Assembly (NCBI RefSeq): GCF_001194135.2
Contig: NC_068982.1
Location: 1,867,630 to 1,931,629, forward strand
DNA: 64,000 bases
Direction: 5' to 3'
DNA from: Octopus bimaculoides
Taxonomy: Eukaryota
In this document: positions 1 to 12,491 of the stretch, piece after piece
Layout: each line of letters begins with the position of its first letter
How positions within the stretch are numbered: position 1 is the stretch's first letter
Translations under genes and position numbers: made by a program
Notes under the pieces: generated by a model
What the model was told of the DNA's origin: nothing
Databases searched by the model: none
The model's input: only the letters and a program-made list of their open reading frames with translations

Positions 1-354
1 GTGTGTGTGTGTGTATGTGTGTGTATATGTGTGTGTGTGTGTGTATATGCGTGTGTGTGTATATGCGTGTGTTTGTGTGTGTATATGCGTGTGTGTGTGT
101 ATATGCGTGTGTGTGTATATGCGTGTGTGTGTGTGTGTGTGTATGCGTGTGTGTGTGTGTATATGCGTGTGTGTGTGTATATATGCGTGTGTGTGTGCAT
201 ATGCGTGTGTGTGTGTATATGCGTGCGTGTTTGTGTGTGTGTGTATATGCATGTGTGAGTATATATGTATATACATGTGTGTGTGTGTGTGTGTGTATAT
301 ATATGTATATACATATGTGTGTGTGTGTGTGTGTGTATATATATGTATATATAT
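1..354. repeat. Compound (TG)n/(TA)n microsatellite
   Basis: Direct reading; explains the CVCV/YIYI ORFs at 1-439. Confidence 0.97.
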
Positions 355-369
355 GTACATATTCCAATA

Positions 370-570
370 TATGACCGCGTGTGCATCGTTGGCGATTTTT
401 TTCTGTCTACCCTTCTTTGGACTTTTTCTATATTTCTGATGAAGAGCTCCGCTCGAAACATGAAATTCTCTTTCTTTACTTTACTTTCCTGAGCGTCCAA
501 TAACACTGCACTTATTCCACATCCTCGCATAGTTGTTTCTTCGTGTTTTTTCTTGCTTGTTCATGTTTGA
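370..570 (+). mobile_element. Penelope-like element 3' end/pLTR fragment with minimal hammerhead-like motif
   Basis: CTGATGA-agagc-tcc-gctc-GAAAC at 436-459; T-rich flanks and layout resemble 49950-50070 and 59360-59470. Confidence 0.55.
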
Positions 571-726
571 ATTGACTATATGTATATATATGTATGTATG
601 TATATATGTATATATATATATATGTANNNNNNNNNNNNNNNNNNNNNNNNNNNNNNNNNNNNNNNNNNNNNNNNNNNNNNNNNNNNNNNNNNNNNNNNNN
701 NNNNNNNNNNNNNNNNNNNNNNNNNN

Positions 727-762
<36 letters not shown>

Positions 763-769
763 TTTATTT

Positions 770-935
770 CAGGTGGTTGAAATCCACTCATCTGGTAAAA
801 ATGAGTTGTACCTTTATTTCAAAGGGGCCGACCTTGTGTGTCGCGCTTAATCTCCCTGAGAACTACGTTAGGGGTACACGTGTCTGTGGAGTGCTCAGCC
901 ACTTGCACGTTAATTTTACGAGCAGGCTGTTCTGT
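770..935 (+). mobile_element. SINE family A, 3' part
   Basis: Shares ctccctgagaa..cgttaggg..acacgtgtctgtggagtgctcagccacttgcacgttaattt with the full copy at 8297-8612. Confidence 0.9.
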
Positions 936-1029
936 TGATCGTTGGTTAGATAAATATATATACATATATCTACGTCGGTTACATAAATATATATACATAT
1001 ATCTAAATACATACACACACATCTATCTA

Positions 1030-1064
<35 letters not shown>

Positions 1065-1224
1065 AAATAAATGGCAGTAGAATCCGGATAAACAAAACTC
1101 AAGGTATTCAAACAACACGAATACACAACAGACGTACACAGATATAGACATATGTGTGCGTGTGTGTGTGCGAGTGTATGTGCGTGTCTCCTGCGTATGC
1201 CTTCCCCTCTCTACGCTCTCTGTC

Positions 1225-1318
1225 TCTCTCTTACATATCCTTTTAGCTCTCTCTTGTGTCTCTCTCTCTATCTCTCTCTCTCTTTCTTTCTCTCTCTCTC
1301 TCTCTCTCNNNNNNNNNN

Positions 1319-1362
<44 letters not shown>
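1225..1362. repeat. (CT)n microsatellite with a 10-N gap
   Basis: Direct reading. Confidence 0.95.
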
Positions 1363-1365
<3 letters not shown>

Positions 1366-1687
1366 CCAACCGGGCGTCGCTTCGGCATTGTACTGACAAC
1401 GTAACACTCTTTATTCCCTAACTATTTCGCTCTCTCTTTCTATCGACCGTCTCTACCTTCTTTCAATCGCTCTCCTTCGCCACCATACTTACACACGCAC
1501 TCGCTCACTTACTACCACGCACCAATACGCACTTGTTCTTTATTTTACTCACTCACACGGTCCTTATAATCTGTCCGTGTGTCTGCTTCAATCTATGTAT
1601 GTCCTTCTCATCTCTCTTTTCACAGATTCATATACCTGTTTTGTCCTCTATGCCCCAGCATAGCCGCAGCTCTGGGTTCAAGCTTCT

Positions 1688-1719
<32 letters not shown>

Positions 1720-2451
1720 NNNNNNNNNNNNNNNNNNNNNNNNNNNNNNNNNNNNNNNNNNNNNNNNNNNNNNNNNNNNNNNNNNNNNNNNNNNNNNNNN
1801 NNNNNNNNNNNNNNNNNNNNNNNNNNNNNNNNNNNNNNNNNNNNNNNNNNNNNNNNNNNNNNNNNNNNNNNNNNNNNNNNNNNNNNNNNNNNNNNNNNNN
1901 NNNNNNNNNNNNNNNNNNNNNNNNNNNNNNNNNNNNNNNNNNNNNNNNNNNNNNNNNNNNNNNNNNNNNNNNNNNNNNNNNNNNNNNNNNNNNNNNNNNN
2001 NNNNNNNNNNNNNNNNNNNNNNNNNNNNNNNNNNNNNNNNNNNNNNNNNNNNNNNNNNNNNNNNNNNNNNNNNNNNNNNNNNNNNNNNNNNNNNNNNNNN
2101 NNNNNNNNNNNNNNNNNNNNNNNNNNNNNNNNNNNNNNNNNNNNNNNNNNNNNNNNNNNNNNNNNNNNNNNNNNNNNNNNNNNNNNNNNNNNNNNNNNNN
2201 NNNNNNNNNNNNNNNNNNNNNNNNNNNNNNNNNNNNNNNNNNNNNNNNNNNNNNNNNNNNNNNNNNNNNNNNNNNNNNNNNNNNNNNNNNNNNNNNNNNN
2301 NNNNNNNNNNNNNNNNNNNNNNNNNNNNNNNNNNNNNNNNNNNNNNNNNNNNNNNNNNNNNNNNNNNNNNNNNNNNNNNNNNNNNNNNNNNNNNNNNNNN
2401 NNNNNNNNNNNNNNNNNNNNNNNNNNNNNNNNNNNNNNNNNNNNNNNNNNN

Positions 2452-2483
<32 letters not shown>

Positions 2484-2789
2484 CATGCCAATACAAGACC
2501 CACTTAAGACTCCTCACTCGTATCAATATCGAACCAAGATTTTATCTATGGTCTCTTCACAGCACTTACTTAACGTTACCAGCTACTCTTTGGGTCTTCT
2601 AGATGCCAATACCTCTCATATATAAATATAGTGTGTGTGTATGTGTGTACAGATATGTGTATACATGTATATATACACACAGATATATGCGTATATCAGT
2701 TACTATCCCTTCATACCTTGAATTCTCACCTTGTCAATTACATCGACCTCCCCCCCCAACTGCTACACTGATTCTTATCTTCTTGACCC

Positions 2790-2903
2790 CGTAGTGATGA
2801 AAGGCAAAGTCGACCCTGCTGAATTTGAACTCAGAACGTAATGAAGCACGACATACCGCGAAATAGTTTGCGGCGTGCTAACGTTCAGCCAGCTCGGCGC
2901 CTT
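2790..2903 (-). mobile_element. SINE family B fragment
   Basis: gaaaggcaaagtcgacc..gaatttgaactcagaacgta matches the reverse complement of 40441-40655. Confidence 0.85.
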
Positions 2904-3789
2904 CAATTGTCGCAAACATTACAAACGTGCTTAATATTGTCATTAAGCTACGTATTTGAAAGAGATTTGAAAGAAAGCATTACCTTCACCGTTCCATGTC
3001 ACAAACCTTCCACTCTATAGAAGTACCTTTCTCTGCGTTGAAGAGTTTATTTTCGCTTATTTAGTTTATTTACGGATTCTTTCTCGAACTGTTTATATCA
3101 CATAGGAGTCGACCAAGTAAATCGAGACTAGTACTTGACTAAATGTCCTTTTATCGACACCGGCATCAAAATGTCTAAGTCTTTAGAAACACAAGTCTTT
3201 TTTCTACCTCTGGAATTCAGGAATAGGCTATCCTCAGGTAACTCAACGGCATCATTAATGGCTGTTTCCATTAATTTAAAGACGGTTAGATAGACGGCAG
3301 TGGACTGTGTCGGATAAATTACCTTTCTTTTGATTGGGACATGCCAAAGCGCGCTTCCAAATGTCAATATATCCGCCGACACGCGTTTGCCACACACACA
3401 CACACATGTTGCTTGTGTATGTGTGTGTATGTATATCCGTGTTTGTGTATGTCTATATACAATCGGAATAATGTTTGAAAGAAATTAACAATGATATTAG
3501 CAATGAACTTCACGATGTTATGATCGCACTCAATGCCACTTAAGAGCAGTGATCATTTACATCCATTAACTGCCATATAAATATCCTGCGCTCTATTTTT
3601 GCAAAAATAATTATTCTGATGACCCAGTGTATCGGTGTAGATTAACTCATAATTAGAATCAACTGATGTAGTGATTGGTTTCGGTTCAGTAACTAGACTA
3701 GCTTTACATGCACAAAACGCTGCAGTCATTTCTGACTGGTAAAGATGCCCGCTCAGTTGCGCGCGGTTTCTAGCTCGATCTCAAGACGC

Positions 3790-3810
3790 AGCAGCAGCAG
3801 CAGCAGCAGC

Positions 3811-3854
<44 letters not shown>

Positions 3855-3871
3855 TAGAGAGAGAGAGAGAG
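3790..3871. repeat. (CAG)n followed by (GA)n microsatellite
   Basis: Direct reading. Confidence 0.95.
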
Positions 3872-4478
3872 ACAAGATAAAAATAAAAGCAACAGCAACC
3901 AAAATGAAATAAACAAATTCCAAATCGGGAGTTTTCACTTAAAGACAATGTGATGTTTCTTCTGCTGAGTTCGATAGTTCTTTGTCAGAGTCGTCGAATG
4001 AAATTAATGAAGCGGGACTGCTCCACTGGAAGTACATAAGAAAAGGTGCTATTGTTCACAAATTAACACAAAAATATATTATATTAGCAGCTTTGGTTTC
4101 AGCAACACCTCTTGACTGAGAAGTCGAGGTTGGAAATGCTTTGAACTTCAAAAGACAAAGCATAATGAAATATGGAAAGCACTTCAATTGATCTAGCCAA
4201 CATGGCATTTTAGGACCCAAGATGACACTTGTCGTAATGGATATCCATACAATATCTTGGCATTAGTATAATTTAACTAATTGATTATTACTTAAGTTGT
4301 ACCAATATCCCCAGCGTAATTACCAACACTTAATACTAGTTGCATATTATTGTCTATTCAATCGCTGGTTGGACACAATTGGGCTCTGCACTTAGTTAAA
4401 GCAAACCCTCTCTCTTTCTCTCTCTTTGTGTGGGTGTCTCTCTCTCCTTTTCTCTCTTTGTCTCTCTCTCTCTCTCTC

Positions 4479-4509
<31 letters not shown>

Positions 4510-4518
<9 letters not shown>

Positions 4519-4755
4519 AGGAAGCGCGTTACTGAGTTACGTTATGGTTAATGCGACTATCACACGCTACACACCTTCGTTCGAAACACTGCTGTAAACA
4601 GAAGTGAGTTAGGACGCGAAAGCTTAGTGCGCATGTGCAGCAACGCTGAACGTCAATCTTTGCCAAGTGGCTTCACTCTGCGTGCTTTAGCTTCGTTACT
4701 ATGGCAACAGTCCGCATACTTATTGATCAGACCTCATATATCTCCCACCCGCCCN
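4510..4755 (+). promoter_or_regulatory. Putative promoter/first-exon region with RFX X-box
   Basis: CpG-rich unique island in AT-rich DNA; X-box GTTACTATGGCAAC 4695-4708; NRF1-like GCGCATGTGC 4629-4638; donor-like AA|GTGAGT at 4604. Confidence 0.4.
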
Positions 4756-4849
4756 NNNNNNNNNNNNNNNNNNNNNNNNNNNNNNNNNNNNNNNNNNNNN
4801 NNNNNNNNTACATATATAGATATAGATATATATAGAGAGAGAGAGAAAG

Positions 4850-5990
4850 AGGGGGCTTAGGCAAAATAATGGAAACACCGTAAAATTTCAAAGTTATTCT
4901 AATACGATGTAGAACGGCCTTTGGCAATAATTGCATCTTGAATTCTACAAAGTTTGAATTGTTTCCAAAGAAACTTTTGTTCATTCTTCAGCGAAAACAG
5001 TCTCCAGTTCTTGTAGTGATGATGTTAGAGGATATCAACTCCTTACTTGTTTGTCTAAAATGCACCATAAATGTTCAATAATATTGAGACCTGGGGACTG
5101 TGGTGGCCAGATAAGGTCTTCAACTTCACTAGAATGTTCCTCGTGCCATTCAGTAACAATTTAGCTCAGTGAATTAATGCATTATCATCCTGAAAGATTG
5201 CGTTTCCCTCCGGAAACAGTTCCGCAACCATAGGATGAATTTGGTCAGATATAATGCTTAAATAGTCTTCACAATTAATTCTGCCATGAAGGGAAACCAT
5301 CGGGCCGGCGGATTTCCAAGATATAGCTCCCCAGATCATCACAGATCCTCCACCATGTTTAACAATTGGAAGAAGGCAGTCTGGGTCAAATGCTTCTTTT
5401 GGCTGTCTCCGAACGCATACTCGGCCAATGGTCAGAAATAAGGTAAAGGACGACTCGTCCAAGAAAATAACATTCTTCCACTGCACTTGCGACCAATTCT
5501 GTACGTTTTTACTCCACTCTAAACGCTTTGCAACGTTTGTTTTTGCAAGTAGTGGTTCTCTGNNNNNNNNNNNNNNNNNNNNNNNNNNNNNNNNNNNNNN
5601 NNNNNNNNNNNNNNNNNNNNNNNNNNNNNNNNNNNNNNNNNNNNNNNNNNNNNNNNNNNNNNNNNNNNNNNNNNNNNNNNNNNNNNNNNNNNNNNNNNNN
5701 NNNNNNNNNNNNNNNNNNNCAAACATTTCGGCTGTTTTCGTTACGCTAGCGCCTGCCATAGGAGCACCAACAATTTGACCTCTTTGAAAGTCCGATAGAT
5801 CTGTCATTTTAACGAATTTTAATTATTTTTTTCTGATGATATCTGAAAAGAAAGAGCAATTTTAGCAAAACATATTAAGCAACACTAATGATAAATAAAA
5901 AAAAAACATAAAATAAACAAAATGTTTACGGTTTAATACGTAATTCAAAATTATGATGCTAGGTATTTCCATTATTTTGTCCAACCCCTG
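4850..5990 (-). mobile_element. Tc1-family DNA transposon (DD34E), TIR to TIR, defective
   Basis: TIRs 4850-4879 (agggggcttaggcaaaataatggaaacacc) and 5962-5990 (rc caggggttggacaaaataatggaaatacc) next to TA at 5991; transposase motifs inside. Confidence 0.95.
4900..5807 (-). pseudogene. Tc1 transposase pseudogene
   Basis: ORF 5166-5807: MTDLSDFQRGQIVG..VIFLDES..VKHGGGSVMIWGAI..FQDDNA; after the stop the frame continues WPPQSPGLNIIEHLW, then further stops; 157-N gap inside. Confidence 0.92.
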
Positions 5991-6193
5991 TATATATATA
6001 TGTGTGTGTGTGAGTGTGTGTGTGTATATATGTGTGTGAGTGTGTGTGTGTATATATGTGTGTGAGTGTGTGTGTATATATATGTGTGTGTGAGTGTGTG
6101 TATATATATGCGTGTGTGTGTGTATATATGCGTATGTATATATATCTATATGCGTATGTATATATATGTATATGTATATATGCATACATATAC

Positions 6194-6249
<56 letters not shown>

Positions 6250-6553
6250 ATATNNNNNNNNNNNNNNNNNNNNNNNNNNNNNNNNNNNNNNNNNNNNNNN
6301 NNNNNNNNNNNNNNNNNNNNNNNNNNNNNNNNNNNNNNNNNNNNNNNNNNNNNNNNNNNNNNNNNNNNNNNNNNNNNNNNNNNNNNNNNNNNNNNNNNNN
6401 NNNNNNNNNNNNNNNNNNNNNNNNNNNNNNNNNNNNNNNNNNNNNNNNNNNNNNNNNNNNNNNNNNNNNNNNNNNNNNNNNNNNNNNNNNNNNNNNNNNN
6501 NNNNNNNNNNNNNNNNNNNNNNNNNNNNNNNNNNNNNNNNNNNNNNNNNNNNN

Positions 6554-6606
<53 letters not shown>
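5991..6606. repeat. Compound (TG)/(TA)/(ATCT) microsatellite with gap
   Basis: Direct reading. Confidence 0.95.
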
Positions 6607-6610
<4 letters not shown>

Positions 6611-8296
6611 TCTGCTACTCATGAAATGACTGACAGTATTACATTAGAGCTGCAGCTGAGGGGAAGTTCTGATGACGCTTTTAATGATGGTTCTGAGGAT
6701 TAATCGACTCGGCTGATGACGATCATCGATGATTATATGTTAATAATTATATCATCAACATCATCGTTATAGCCATCATAGACATTGATGTCATAATTGA
6801 AATCAAATTTAATCTTGTTGTTTACTCCAACTTTGATGTCAATTAAACAGAAGAAGAAGAAATGAGATCACTAGCAACACTAACAACCACCACAACAGCA
6901 TTATCAACAACAGTTACTAGAACAAGCAAACTGTTGACTATAGAACAAGTGGTTGAGTGAACGAGTACGTCGAAAACAGCAACATTGGAAGAAGTGAATT
7001 ATGTAATCAAGTAACAACGTAGGTGTTACGAGAAAGAAAATAAATTCTTGAGACTTGGCAGCAATAAAATTAGCAGCAGCACAAAATCCAGCGACGACAA
7101 GAGTAACAACACCAACAAAAACTACTACTACAACAACTACTACTACAACACATGTAGCTCGACTTGACAGACACCCATCTCTTTCCTAAATCACACAACA
7201 GTCTACAGCAAGCATAAACGAAGTAGGGGCAAACTTCTCCGAGAAGCGGGTTGCATGGGATATGTTTTATCGTCAATCAGGTGATATTACGAAAACAGGA
7301 AGATAACTTTTCTCCTGGTATGAAATACAGAAAGTCCCGCGGGCCGCATGTTATCCATGACTTGTATATACAATAGACAATGTAGTTCTAAATACACTCG
7401 TAGGATAGTGATAAATAGTTTCCTCTTGATCAGTCGGCCACGCGATTAGTGTCAACTCGAAACTAAATAACAAGGATAAAATTTCCCCAAGACGACAATT
7501 ATAACAACAGCAACAAAAGAAGCCTGACTGTTACAAGCTCAACTTGCTGCCAACAGAAGTTACATAATTTATGGGGAATAAACAAATACATTATTTGTTC
7601 AGTCACGATCTTGAGAGGTATGATCTCATTTCCAGAACATGTGACCTAGTATCCTAGTTTAGAAATCGATATGGTAGTCGTATTTTAAAACTGATATTAG
7701 TTGCAACCGAGAACCTTATTGTGACGTCCATCGAGTAGAAATAAGTATTGATTCTTAATTTTGGTAGAAAGTCCCAAATTTCTAAAGTAGTTATGGTCAA
7801 TAGGCTCGACCCTAACGATACTTGTTTTAGTAATCAGAAATAGCTATATTCGTGATACTTGCTTTACTGAACATCATCATTACCTGTGCAACTCATTAAT
7901 TTCAAATGATATAAATGCTTAAATCATTGCACACCTGGAAAATTTGGCCTTGGAAGTTAACTTAAACATTTATCTTAGCTGTTTCGATAAAACCGCTACT
8001 TATAAATAAATGTAGCCAATCAAATGGATTGCAACATCACTCTCTTTTAAAATGATGGATTTCTCTCTGAAATCATAAGCCTGTATTTTGGTTATGATGA
8101 TTATATTCTTTTGTTATTCAATCTCTATTCAGTTTCTTGAATAGATTCTTATTCTTTTACCTTCTCAACATCGCATCGGTGAAAATCCACATATGCCACA
8201 AGAAAAAACGCCTATCCTGCACTGCATGCGTGTACTTCAATCTGCTGACATGAGAGTTGGTTGATTTATTCCGATCATCCTGTGCTTACTGTGAAT

Positions 8297-8612
8297 GCGC
8301 GTGGCTGAGTGGTTAGGGCATTCGACTCACGATCGCAAGGTCGTGAGTTCGATTCCCGGCGGTGCGTTGTCCTTGAGCAAGACACTTTATTTTGCGTTGC
8401 TCCAGTCCACTCAGCTGGCAAAAATGAGTAGTACCTGTAATTCAAAGGACCAGCCTTGTCACGCTATGTGTCACGCTGAGTCTCCCTGAGAATTACGTTA
8501 GGGATACACGTGTCTGTGGAGTGCTCAGCCACTTGCACGTTAATTTCACGAAAAGGCTGTTCCGTTGATCGGATCAACTGGAACCCTCGTCGTCGTAACC
8601 GACGGAGTGCTC
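8297..8612 (+). mobile_element. tRNA-derived SINE family A, full length
   Basis: A box TGGCTGAGTGG, B box GAGTTCGATTCC, CORE-like GTCCTTGAGCAAGACACTT; further copies at 770-935 and 25722-26010. Confidence 0.92.
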
Positions 8613-9293
8613 CTTCATGCTTACTGTATTCAAACACACGGTCTGAATTTAATGGCAAAACTGTCTGAGATGATTACTGGGCTCCCCTTCTGAATTTTAA
8701 CTTCACAAAAGGATTTGATCATTAGACCGGACAACTAAATAAAGAATCGTGCCCATAAACACAACAAAACATCTGTACATAGAAGCATTTAACAAATTAA
8801 GAAGCGTTCACCTCCCAGCTAGCTTATATAACTTCTCGAATCGTAGGTAATCGTAGGTAATGCGTCGATCATAGATAATCAAAGCTTAGCAAGTATTATA
8901 TATAACAATTTAGGAAATGTTCAATTTTCTGAATTTCTTGTTAGAGTATTAGGTGATTGGCATTTTATATTATCTGCCCTAAATAGAATGAAAAGCAATG
9001 TTGTCACTAGTGAGATTTGACTGAAAACAAAGCACCAGAGCATTCCTGTCGAGATCAACTTAGCCTTACTTATTGTTGAGATCGATTCAAAAATATTCCA
9101 GTCACTTATTGAGATTTATTTTATCGACCATGGCAGTCTCAAAGCGACTGACCATCGTGCTGAGGTTCGAAGTTCATTTTATTATAGTTCAATGCAGAAA
9201 ACAAATTTCAATAGTTGCTGACATAACACCACGTGTATATAGGGCTCAATGAGAAAGTATTTGAAAGTTGATGCTGATTGGTCGATTCCTCAG

Positions 9294-9430
9294 TCACGTG
9301 AAACTGCTGCGGTGTGTGTTGATGTCTACACGGCAAGAGAAACAATTCGGTTTCGAATCGGCTGCAAATGCTTTGACTCATTGGCTTCATATGCTGAAAG
9401 AGAATGGCAAATGCCTTTTCCATGATGGTT
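9294..9430 (+). other. Candidate exon of an unidentified gene
   Basis: ttcctcAG acceptor, GTAAGT donor at 9431; two frames partly or fully open; alternatively start AGAATGG at 9404 (MANAFSMMV). No homology recognised. Confidence 0.25.
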
Positions 9431-9999
9431 GTAAGTAAATTAAGAATGAAGTAAAGCAAAAGGTTTCGAGAAGAGACGGGAATCGGAGCCTAATCAATAA
9501 AATTCACCAAAAGATATACTGTTAACACTCACCCTTGACACCGTCTACGTATTCATTTGTTTCTCATTTTCAAGCGGACATATTTAAAATCTTGGTTTCT
9601 TTCCAGGAATGCCAATCAGAAATAACGCGTTCTGCTCTTGTTTTCTTTCTTCAATATACTTACTGCCCTTTGTGCTTTCAAGTCCATGCTTATCTATCAC
9701 CCTCTTATCGTTAGTATTATAATTAGGAAGCTTACTGTCATTTCTCAATTAGTACCCTTCATTGGCGCCGTAGGTCAAATTAATTAGACCGTCTACGCAC
9801 AACAATACTAACATTTCACATTATCCAGCCAGCCAAGCCAGCCTGCCAGTCAGATTGCTAGTTAAAGAAGACTATTTAAATATGTGTTGCTAAAAAAACA
9901 GAAAAGCAAAAGCCTCAGGAACCAGTATTTACAAATATCAAGTTTAAAACAAAATCAAACCAAAACCAGTTCTCCATCCTAATTTGATCTTTTTCCTTT

Positions 10000-10205
10000 C
10001 CCTTTCTTCCCCCCACTCCTTTCACTGCGGCCATGCTGGGGCATCGTCTTGAAGAATTATAGTCGAACTGATCGACCCCAGTGTTTTGTCTTTGAAGTCT
10101 GGTAATTATTTTGTTGGTCATTATTGCGGAACCGCTAAGTTACGGGGGTGTAAGCACGCCAACACCGTTTCTCAAGCGGTAGTGGGGGACAAAACACCCC
10201 CACCC

Positions 10206-10258
<53 letters not shown>

Positions 10259-10400
10259 TACAACGGGTTTCTTTCAGTGTGTCTACCAAATCCACTTACA
10301 AGGCTTTGGTCGGTCTGAGGGTGTAGTAGAAGACATCTGCTTAAGGTGCAGCGCAGTGAGACTGAACCTGGAACCATGTGGTTGGGAAGAAAAACTCTTA
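10000..10400 (-). mobile_element. SINE family C with internal (TA)n
   Basis: Reverse complement of ..ccttgtaagtggatttggtagac..(TA)n..gcttacaccccgtaacttagcggttc..ggggtcga..gccccagcatggccgcagtg; matches 30310-30610. Confidence 0.9.
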
Positions 10401-11254
10401 CCATACAGTCATCTTTTTATTTATTTATGTTTACAAAAATGTGACCTTTGAGAGTTTAAATATATTGAACTTAGTTTATAGTAATATGTCCTAAAGGAAA
10501 AGACAACTCCATGGAAGTAATAATATAATAGGTTGACTGTCTCCAATATTTCCAACAGTAGAGTTCTAAACTCGTAAATGGTAGTGCCGGTTGTACAACA
10601 CATTCCACGTAAGCTTTCGGATTGCGTTATACAAAGAAAGAATTTTTTGTCAGCTTGCAATACTGAATTTCAATCTACGTATCAATTATTCGAAGTGGGT
10701 TATACTTGCGAAATACTAAATGAAAACCAAACTCCTCAAATGGAAATATTCCCCAACAATTTAATGAGAAGTCCGGATATCGATTTTACTGGTCCTAACA
10801 CACTTTCTCATGAAATTTATTTTAAGTTTATACATGATGATTAAATTTGAAGAAAAATTGAATCGACGCAAAAATCCGGGGAACGTTTTTGAACCAATTA
10901 ACCCCTAAAATATATTTATTTACGCCGACGTTAACCCCTTGATTTGAAAGGAAGAAAATCATACATTCTTTGAATCCAAAAGGTTTATTGAATCTATTTC
11001 ATTGAATCCATTTATGTGAATCTAGTTACGCTTCCATTGCATTGGACTGAGTCAGAATTGCCAGAAAGAAAATTTCTGTTTTAACTAGGAACACGTTTTT
11101 TATATAATTTTACGTATGCCTAATGAGTCCTCATTTCTGCCAACAATTTTATTTTTATCCCACTTGGAGTAATTTACCCCTTTTCGCCGACTCAACATTA
11201 GGTAATTTACTCCGGTTTGCCGACTCTTTAATCATTAAGCCAACCCATGATCTT

Positions 11255-11676
11255 CTAACTGGCGGACATATTGTCATGATGTCACTTATATTCTTTCTGG
11301 GTTAGTGGCGAACATTGACTGGTAGTATGCCATATAGTTTCACCATTTTGTCCACAAATTCTGCACTTATCACTTTCTAATGTGTTGTCCTTTCTACATT
11401 TGATGTAAATAGTTCTTAATGCTTGCTTTGGGGCAGCACAGATTAGAGCCTTCGTTTCCGGATTTAAATCACTTTTTGTCTTCCACAGCCATCTTTTTTC
11501 TCTGTTTGTCTTATCTTCAACATCCCTATAAAATTGTTCATGCATTGTTCTTTATCCGCCTATTTTCAGTTTCATTCATTCTCAAGTGCTTTATCTTTGC
11601 AATGTTTCATCCTACACAAGCCTGGTGTTCTTACTTCCAATAATAGCGGTTCTGTGGCATTTTTTACATACCATGC
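11255..11676 (-). mobile_element. Dong/R4-clade non-LTR retrotransposon fragment (CCHC zinc-knuckle region)
   Basis: LICAAPKQALRT..IK..DKCRICGQNGETIWHTTSQCSPL..KEYK*HHD; 5' edge abuts (ATT)n at 11677-11710. Confidence 0.85.
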
Positions 11677-12154
11677 TATTATTATTATTATTATTATTAT
11701 TATCATCATCATTACCATCGTCATTCAGAGAGGAAAGATAGTAAAATAATTGACTTCAGAGATTTATGGAAAGAATGTATATTTATTTTGCACACCGCGG
11801 TACACAACTGGTAAATACTTTATCGATTTTGTTGACACGAACAGTATCACGATCGAAGAACTTTGGCATTTAGACAAGTAGACAATTATATATAGTGAAA
11901 TAGCCAAAGTTAGTTATATCGCTCAAATTGATAGCTAACGCAGACACCCATAGAAAGAAAGGCTAAAAGTTACTGACAGTTATACAAACAGGAATTGCGA
12001 GACAGGCAGAGTCAGGACGACAGATGACAAGCTGTAACATCAGACAGGAAAGACAAGTTGAGTCAAATAAATACACAAAACCGTAGCAAAGAAAAACTGC
12101 AAGAAAAGAAGTCAGTGTCACTTAGCTCCCTATATGCATAACTACCTATGAGTA

Positions 12155-12156
<2 letters not shown>

Positions 12157-12201
<45 letters not shown>

Positions 12202-12450
12202 CTGCCTGCCTGCCTGCCTGNNNNNNNNNNNNNNNNNNNNNNNNNNNNNNNNNNNNNNNNNNNNNNNNNNNNNNNNNNNNNNNNNNNNNNNNNNNNNNNN
12301 NNNNNNNNNNNNNNNNNNNNNNNNNNNNNNNNNNNNNNNNNNNNNNNNNNNNNNNNNNNNNNNNNNNNNNNNNNNNNNNNNNNNNNNNNNNNNNNNNNNN
12401 NNNNNNNNNNNNNNNNNNNNNNNNNNNNNNNNNNNNNNNNNNNNNNNNNN

Positions 12451-12486
<36 letters not shown>
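12157..12486. repeat. (TG)n/(CCTG)n, gap, (TA)n
   Basis: Direct reading. Confidence 0.95.

Positions 12487-12491
<5 letters not shown>

Noticed and set aside
3953-4039. 28-aa ORF MFLLLSSIVLCQSRRMKLMKRDCSTGST resembling a signal peptide with KR site
   Set aside because: Too short, weak start context, no supporting exon.
7070-7276. Cys-rich minus ORF resembling a metallothionein
   Set aside because: Cys/Ser runs come from (CAA)/(CTA)/(CAG) low-complexity repeats.
8297-8370. tRNA-like sequences (also 48171-48241, 59700-59770, 40441-40520)
   Set aside because: No complete cloverleaf/acceptor stem; they continue into SINE bodies, so not called tRNA genes.
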